Positions 59,413 to 64,000 of a stretch of DNA of 64,000 bases are shown one piece after another (position 1 is the stretch's first letter; each line of letters starts with the position of its first letter). The stretch covers positions 12,428 to 76,427 of the forward strand of contig PLTX01000059.1 in assembly GCA_003164675.1 (NCBI GenBank), in the 5' to 3' direction. The notes beneath the pieces are model-generated. The model worked only from the letters and a program-made list of their open reading frames with translations, was not told where the DNA came from and searched no databases. Position numbers and translations under genes: made by a program. This stretch comes from Verrucomicrobiota bacterium (lineage in GTDB: Bacteria > Verrucomicrobiota > Verrucomicrobiia > Palsa-1439).

Positions 59413-59865
59413 TTCCTACTCGCCCAATTTAACGTTGCTCTTCGTAAACTCGCTTGTAAGGCGTCTCAAACATGTGTTTGTGTGGAAACGCGTGTGTGAA
59501 TTTTGGGGAACGCGACATTCGATAGCGCCCGCCCTCGCCACGCGAACATTCAGTTACCTACAATGGGAAACTCACCATGTTCTCCAAATCGAGTTCAAGT
59601 TTTCATTTCCCCGGGTCCGCTTCTTGGCAGGCCCAGCCAACTCGCAGCTTCGCCACTAGTGGAGTTTATCACCAAGTCAATCCTCCCGGCAAGCACATTC
59701 GGGGCTTCCAAGGTAGGCTCAAGAAGGAAGGGCTTCGCGAACCGTGTTCGGGACGGTACGGTCTCACAAGAGAAGCGGCAGTAACACCGACCTCAACATC
59801 CGTACTCCGTCAGCTGGACACCCTCCATCCATCGTGCGGGCCATTCGGCTGGCGTGGCGCGACTG

Positions 59866-59885
59866 CCCCGACCTCGGAGTCGGGG
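59866..59885. repeat. GC-rich hairpin, copy 1 (CCCCGAC-CTCGGA-GTCGGGG)
   Basis: 7-bp perfect stem, 6-nt loop. Related copies at 60040 and 60368. Confidence 0.7.
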
Positions 59886-59981
59886 TATTCTCCGTTGAAA
59901 AATGACTGGACAGTAGGTATATGATTGTGTATATTCGGCGCGGTTTGGTTGTTCTTTGATATAGGGGAGCAGAAACGGATT

Positions 59982-60016
59982 AACGCTCAACGTTAAACGT
60001 TCAACACTCAACGCTC
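59982..60016. repeat. Five tandem heptamers AACGYTM (AACGCTC AACGTTA AACGTTC AACACTC AACGCTC)
   Basis: Read directly from the sequence. Lies at the edge of a low-GC island. Confidence 0.8.
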
Positions 60017-60039
60017 AAGGAAGGCGGGCGAAACGACGG

Positions 60040-60059
60040 CCCCAACCTCGAAGTCGGGG
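60040..60059. repeat. GC-rich hairpin, copy 2 (CCCCAAC-CTCGAA-GTCGGGG)
   Basis: 6/7 stem pairs. About 22/25 nt identical to copy 1 including the flanks. Confidence 0.65.
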
Positions 60060-60367
60060 TAAACTCGCCGGACGGCCGGTTCCGCGCCCAGCGGACGCGG
60101 CTACAGCCGAACCACGGCCTACGACACCGGGAACGGCGGCATACACCCGTCGGACGGGGCATGCCGTCCTACAATGTTGTGCGAGGGGGATCCCCCCATA
60201 ATATGTAAAATTACCAAACGAAGCCAATTTTTTCGGGTGTTGGAGGTTGTGGAGTAGCTTGAGGGATAAGCAGTTAGGAATCCAAGTGGGACAATTTGTC
60301 ACTTGGCTTCGTTTTGTCAAAAATGGCTTCGTTTGGGGGTCCGGAGCAAGGGTTGGGTCGAATTTGA

Positions 60368-60390
60368 GCCCCGACATCGGGTGTCGGGGC
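60368..60390. terminator. GC-rich hairpin, copy 3 (GCCCCGACA-TCGGG-TGTCGGGGC). Possible terminator of uvrD on the minus strand
   Basis: 9-bp stem about 65 nt downstream of the uvrD stop. On the minus strand it is followed by TCAAATT (weak U tract). Confidence 0.4.
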
Positions 60391-60454
60391 TACAGGTCGC
60401 GGCCCCACCGAGGGCGGTCTCAACATCCGTGCCCCGTCAGCCATGTCCACCTGT

Positions 60455-62470
60455 TTACCAATGTCCGGCCTGATGGCGGATGGAGAATTCCTGGTAGTGG
60501 GTCTTGGGGAGTTCGGCGAGGAAACGAGAGGGACGCTGGAATCCGCCCGAGTCGCCGGCGGTCATGCGAAAAACCGGGTACGTGAGATACAGTTCGTCCT
60601 TCGCCCGGGTCACGGCGACGTAAAACAACCGGCGTTCTTCCTCCTCGCCTTCCAAATTGTCGAGAGAACGCGCGAGCGGGAACATGCCGTCGCACAAACC
60701 GATCACGAACACGGCGCGCCATTCCTGCCCTTTCGCCTGGTGCACGGTGCTGAGCCGGACAAATTCCTGCTCGTTGGACGCCAGCAAGGACGCGTCCTCG
60801 GCTTCGAGGTTGGTGAGCAGCGCCAGTTGGCTGAGGAAATCGTCGATGGTATCGAACTGCATCGCGAACGAGGCCAGTTGATGCAAATCCTCCTCGCGGG
60901 TCCGCGCGTTGGGAAACTTCACCTTCAGGTAGCTGGCATAGAAACCGTCGATAATCTGCTCGATCATCTCCGCCGCGCGTTTCGGTTGCATCTGGCGCAA
61001 TTGATTCAACACCTGCGCGGCCTTCTTCCAGTCATCGACCGCCTTTTTCGGGATCGCCTCGCTGGTCAAGAGCAACGGTTTGCCAGCGGACAACACGGGA
61101 TGAAACTTTCCCCAGAGTTTGTCGGCGGTCTTGGCGCCGATGCCGGCGAGCAACTTGAGGATGCGCTTGAAGGCCATCTCGTCTTGTGGATTGACAGCAA
61201 CTTTCAGGAAACAACTGACGTCCTTCACATGCGCCTGCTCGAAAAATCGCAGGCCACTGGTGATGACGTACGGGATGTTCCGCCGCGTCAGTTCCATCTG
61301 CAATTCCATGGCGTGGTAATGCGCGCGATACAGCACGGCCACGTCGTTGAGCGGCACGCCTTCATCGCGCAATTCGAGAATGCGTTGCGCGACGAATTGC
61401 GACTGCTGGTTGCTGTCGGGGCACGGGATGAGCCACGGTTTTGCGCCGCCGGAGCGAACCGCCGTAAGGTTCTTCGCGAACTGGTGAATGTTGCCCTTGA
61501 TGGCGTCGTTGGCGAGCGCGAGGATGCTGGGCACGCTGCGGTAGTTGACCTCGATCTTGAACGTGCGCGCGCTCGGGTAGCGCTGCGGGAATCCGAGGAT
61601 GTTGCGGTAGTTCGCCCCGCGCCATGAATAAATTGATTGCGCATCATCGCCGACAACCATCAGATTGCGGTGCACCGTCGCGATGGCATCGATCAAATCT
61701 GCCTGGATCTTGTTCGTGTCCTGATACTCGTCGACCAACACATGCAGAAACTGCTCGCGATAGCGCGCGGCGACCTCGTCGTGCTCCTGAAACAACCGCA
61801 GCGTGTTGACGAGCAGGTCATCGTAGTCCATCGCGTTGGCCTTGAGTTTGCGTTCGCGGTACACCTCGCGCAACGTCTTGATCGGTCCCGCCAGATGCGA
61901 GAAATAATCGTATTGCTCGGCCAACACCTGTTCGACGGTGCGCTCCGTATTCACCGCCAGCGAGTAAATCTCCGCCAACACGTCGCCTTTCGGAAAACGC
62001 TCCTGCTTGGTGTCGATACCCGCCTCGGCCACGCACGCATCGAGCATGTCCTTTGCATCTTCACGGTCGAGAATGGTGAAATCCTGGCCGTAACCGAGGA
62101 GCTTGGCATGTCGGCGTAGGATTCGATTGCCGATGTGATGGAACGTGCCTCCCCAAATGGCGGAGATATCCGTCGGCAACAGGTTCTCCACGCGTCGCAG
62201 CATTTCCTTGGCAGCCTTGTTGGTAAACGTAAGGAGCAGAATCCGACCCGGCGGCACGTCATGTTCAACCAACCACGCCACGCGATACGTGAGCGTGCGC
62301 GTCTTGCCGCTGCCCGCGCCCGCAATGACCAGCATCGGCCCCGAGTTCACCGTGCCGTCGGCACCCGTGGCCGTCACGGCGGCGAACTGCTGGTCATTGA
62401 GTTCCACCCGGTAATCGATGTGGAGGTCCCGCGGCCCATGCGCGGGCTTCAAAATGTACTCAGGAGCCAT
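60455..62470 (-). CDS. uvrD: UvrD/PcrA/Rep-family ATP-dependent DNA helicase
   Basis: Helicase motifs I (AGAGSGKTRTL), II (VLVDEYQDTN), III (VVGDDAQSIYSWRGA), V and VI (VAVTRAKDELYLT). Start refined to ATG 62470. Confidence 0.9.
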   Translation of the reverse strand: MAPEYILKPAHGPRDLHIDYRVELNDQQFAAVTATGADGTVNSGPMLVIAGAGSGKTRTLTYRVAWLVEHDVPPGRILLLTFTNKAAKEMLRRVENLLPTDISAIWGGTFHHIGNRILRRHAKLLGYGQDFTILDREDAKDMLDACVAEAGIDTKQERFPKGDVLAEIYSLAVNTERTVEQVLAEQYDYFSHLAGPIKTLREVYRERKLKANAMDYDDLLVNTLRLFQEHDEVAARYREQFLHVLVDEYQDTNKIQADLIDAIATVHRNLMVVGDDAQSIYSWRGANYRNILGFPQRYPSARTFKIEVNYRSVPSILALANDAIKGNIHQFAKNLTAVRSGGAKPWLIPCPDSNQQSQFVAQRILELRDEGVPLNDVAVLYRAHYHAMELQMELTRRNIPYVITSGLRFFEQAHVKDVSCFLKVAVNPQDEMAFKRILKLLAGIGAKTADKLWGKFHPVLSAGKPLLLTSEAIPKKAVDDWKKAAQVLNQLRQMQPKRAAEMIEQIIDGFYASYLKVKFPNARTREEDLHQLASFAMQFDTIDDFLSQLALLTNLEAEDASLLASNEQEFVRLSTVHQAKGQEWRAVFVIGLCDGMFPLARSLDNLEGEEEERRLFYVAVTRAKDELYLTYPVFRMTAGDSGGFQRPSRFLAELPKTHYQEFSIRHQAGHW

Positions 62471-62490
62471 CGAGACAGTATTGCCTGTTA

Positions 62491-62802
62491 CTACTTCAGC
62501 GCCAGCGCGAACATCACAGCCGCCACCAGGCTGAGCACCGCCAGCATTCCCGCCGGCATAAACCGCCGCTTCTTGGCGTAGCGAATGGCGAACAATACCA
62601 ACAACAGTAGTGCAATGACCTCTGCCGCCACGAGACAGGCCTGCGAGCCTTGCCACACGCCGAACCCGCTGGCCAGCAGCACTAACCCGAAACCAACGCC
62701 CGAGATCAGCGAGGCTTTGCTGCCCACCCTGACGAATCCCCCTATGCCGCCCAAAATCATGATTACGCCGTACACCCACACCTCAATTGCCGTATTTTCC
62801 AT
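62491..62802 (-). CDS. Small membrane protein (3-4 TM helices, about 103 aa)
   Basis: Hydrophobic ORF directly upstream of uvrD on the same strand. Start at MENTAIEVW. Confidence 0.5.
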   Translation of the reverse strand: MENTAIEVWVYGVIMILGGIGGFVRVGSKASLISGVGFGLVLLASGFGVWQGSQACLVAAEVIALLLLVLFAIRYAKKRRFMPAGMLAVLSLVAAVMFALALK

Positions 62803-62941
62803 GCTGACCACCTTAACCGATGGGCAGCGACTTTGTCCAGAGTACGGGAAAGCCGGTTCTTCCATCCCGTCGACACGAAATATCCTCGACATTCCCGCCG
62901 GGAAAATGGTTTGCTCAATGCGGAGTAGTCAAGGAAGACAT

Positions 62942-64000
62942 CATGACCAATTTCCGGATTCTGGCGACCATTGTGCTCATCGGATTTCTCAGTTGCCGCT
63001 GTGACGCCATCACAAACTACGTCGTGTGGACCAGGCTCTACAGCTTCACCGGAGGCGCCGACGGCGGGATCCCGGAATCCTGGCTTATCCAGGCCGGTGA
63101 CGGCACTTTCTACGGCACGACGTCGCAGGGGGGCGCTAACAACAGCGGCACAGTGTTCCGGATCACATCGGCGGGCACGCTGACGACCTTGTACAACTTC
63201 ACGGGCGGCAATGACGGAGCCACCCCGATCGCCGGCCTCTTCCAGGGCAGCGACAGCAATTTCTACGGCATGACGACGCGCGGCGGCATCAATGACACGG
63301 GCACGGTCTTTCAGATCACGTCTGCCGGGACATTGACCACACTGCATGGCTTCACCGGCGGCACCGATGGCGGTTACCCGCTGGGAGGGGTCATCCAGGG
63401 CGGTGACGGGAATTTCTACGGGACAACGTCCCAAGGTGGCGCCAACAACACCGGCACCGTCTTCCAGATCACCTCGGCCGGGACATTCACCACCTTGTAT
63501 TCCTTTCTCGGCGGCACCAATGGCGCCATCCCAGAAGCCGGGCTTGTTCAGGCCACGGATGGCAACTTCTATGGAACGACCTCGATCGGCGGCTCCAACA
63601 CCTACGGCACGGTATTCTCGATCAGCTCCAATGGCGCGTTCACGACGGTCTATCAGCTCAACAAGGCCGACGGACGCTACCCAGCCGCCGCGCTCATCCA
63701 GAGTTTCTCCGACGGAGACTTCTACGGAACGACCCGCCTCGGCGGGGATCGTGGGGAGGGAACCGCGTTCAAGGTCAGTTCGCAAGGGACGTTTACCACA
63801 CTCTTCGACTTTGGCGGGTCGGACGGCGAAAGGCCCAGCTCGTCTCTCCTGCAAGCCCAAGACGGTTTGTTTTACGGCACGACCTTCCTCGAGGGGTACC
63901 ACTACGGCACGCTGTTTCAAATGGACTCGAATGGCGTGTTCAACACCTTGGCCAGTTTCCTCGGTGACATCAACGGTGGTGTCCCCTATGCGGCACTGGT
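62942..64000 (+). CDS. Secreted GloVer-type (choice-of-anchor) tandem-repeat protein; the 3' end lies outside the window
   Basis: Signal peptide MTNFRILATIVLIGFLSC. At least 7 tandem ~47-aa units with a G-FYGTT-GG--GTVF-I-S-G-TTL consensus. Absent from the ORF track because there is no in-window stop. The long antisense ORF 62763-63920 is spurious. Confidence 0.8.

Noticed and set aside
59960-60200. tmRNA, RNase P RNA or group II intron domain V within the structured intergenic block
   Set aside because: No tag reading frame or tRNA-like T-arm with a 7-nt loop. No RNase P conserved regions. Hairpin 3 lacks the domain V bulge and AGC triad context. No reverse-transcriptase ORF nearby.
60015-60377. 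120-aa minus-strand ORF inside the 1-kb intergenic region
   Set aside because: Only the first ~60 codons lie in the low-GC island. The remainder is typical GC-rich frame noise. No SD and no conservation can be assessed. Treated as non-coding.
62763-63920. 385-aa ORF on the minus strand
   Set aside because: Antisense to the clearly periodic, signal-peptide-bearing GloVer repeat gene (62942 to window end). Its composition is Arg/Ala/Gly-rich high-GC noise.

Overview
High-GC (~60-65%) bacterial chromosome segment. The gene content points to the Verrucomicrobia/PVC group: a DUF1559 prepilin-like protein, GloVer tandem-repeat protein, an LpxC-FabZ fusion, and many TPR/TMTC-like membrane proteins. 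Housekeeping blocks: partial thrB and rex; lpxC-fabZ, livKHMGF, udg, nagZ, sdhCAB; yugP, pepP, tsaD, ctpA, pgm, uppP, korAB; accD-folC; uvrD. These are interleaved with accessory loci. The most interesting locus (45.0-59.4 kb, minus strand) is a single co-directional array. A large secreted EEP (nuclease/phosphatase-fold) protein is followed by gspE-F-G-H-I-J-K, then PilM/N-like, PilO-like, a PilP-like lipoprotein and a secretin, then a hypothetical, a CPBP protease and comF. This is a T2SS/T4P hybrid in which the genes downstream of gspK are arranged like the Haemophilus comA-F (pilMNOPQ-comF) competence operon. It is preceded by a ~1 kb structured non-coding region containing three related GC hairpins, a duplicated 23-nt motif, five tandem heptamers and AT-rich islands. 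Next to it, the comF 3' end is present in three nested copies (full gene, 140-codon copy, ~30-codon remnant). These are interspersed with a cupin gene and two orphan CheY-like response regulators. Other oddities: an ECF sigma factor fused to a polytopic membrane domain, a LivG ATPase with an inserted two-helix hydrophobic segment, and a secretin with 60-bp tandem repeats at its 3' end. There are also paralogous TMTC-like/TPR membrane proteins plus an O-antigen-ligase-TPR fusion. No CRISPR, rRNA or tRNA genes were recognised. Coordinates mostly follow the supplied ORF track (stop codon included). Starts were refined where gene junctions (ATGA/TAATG overlaps) or signal peptides made them clear.
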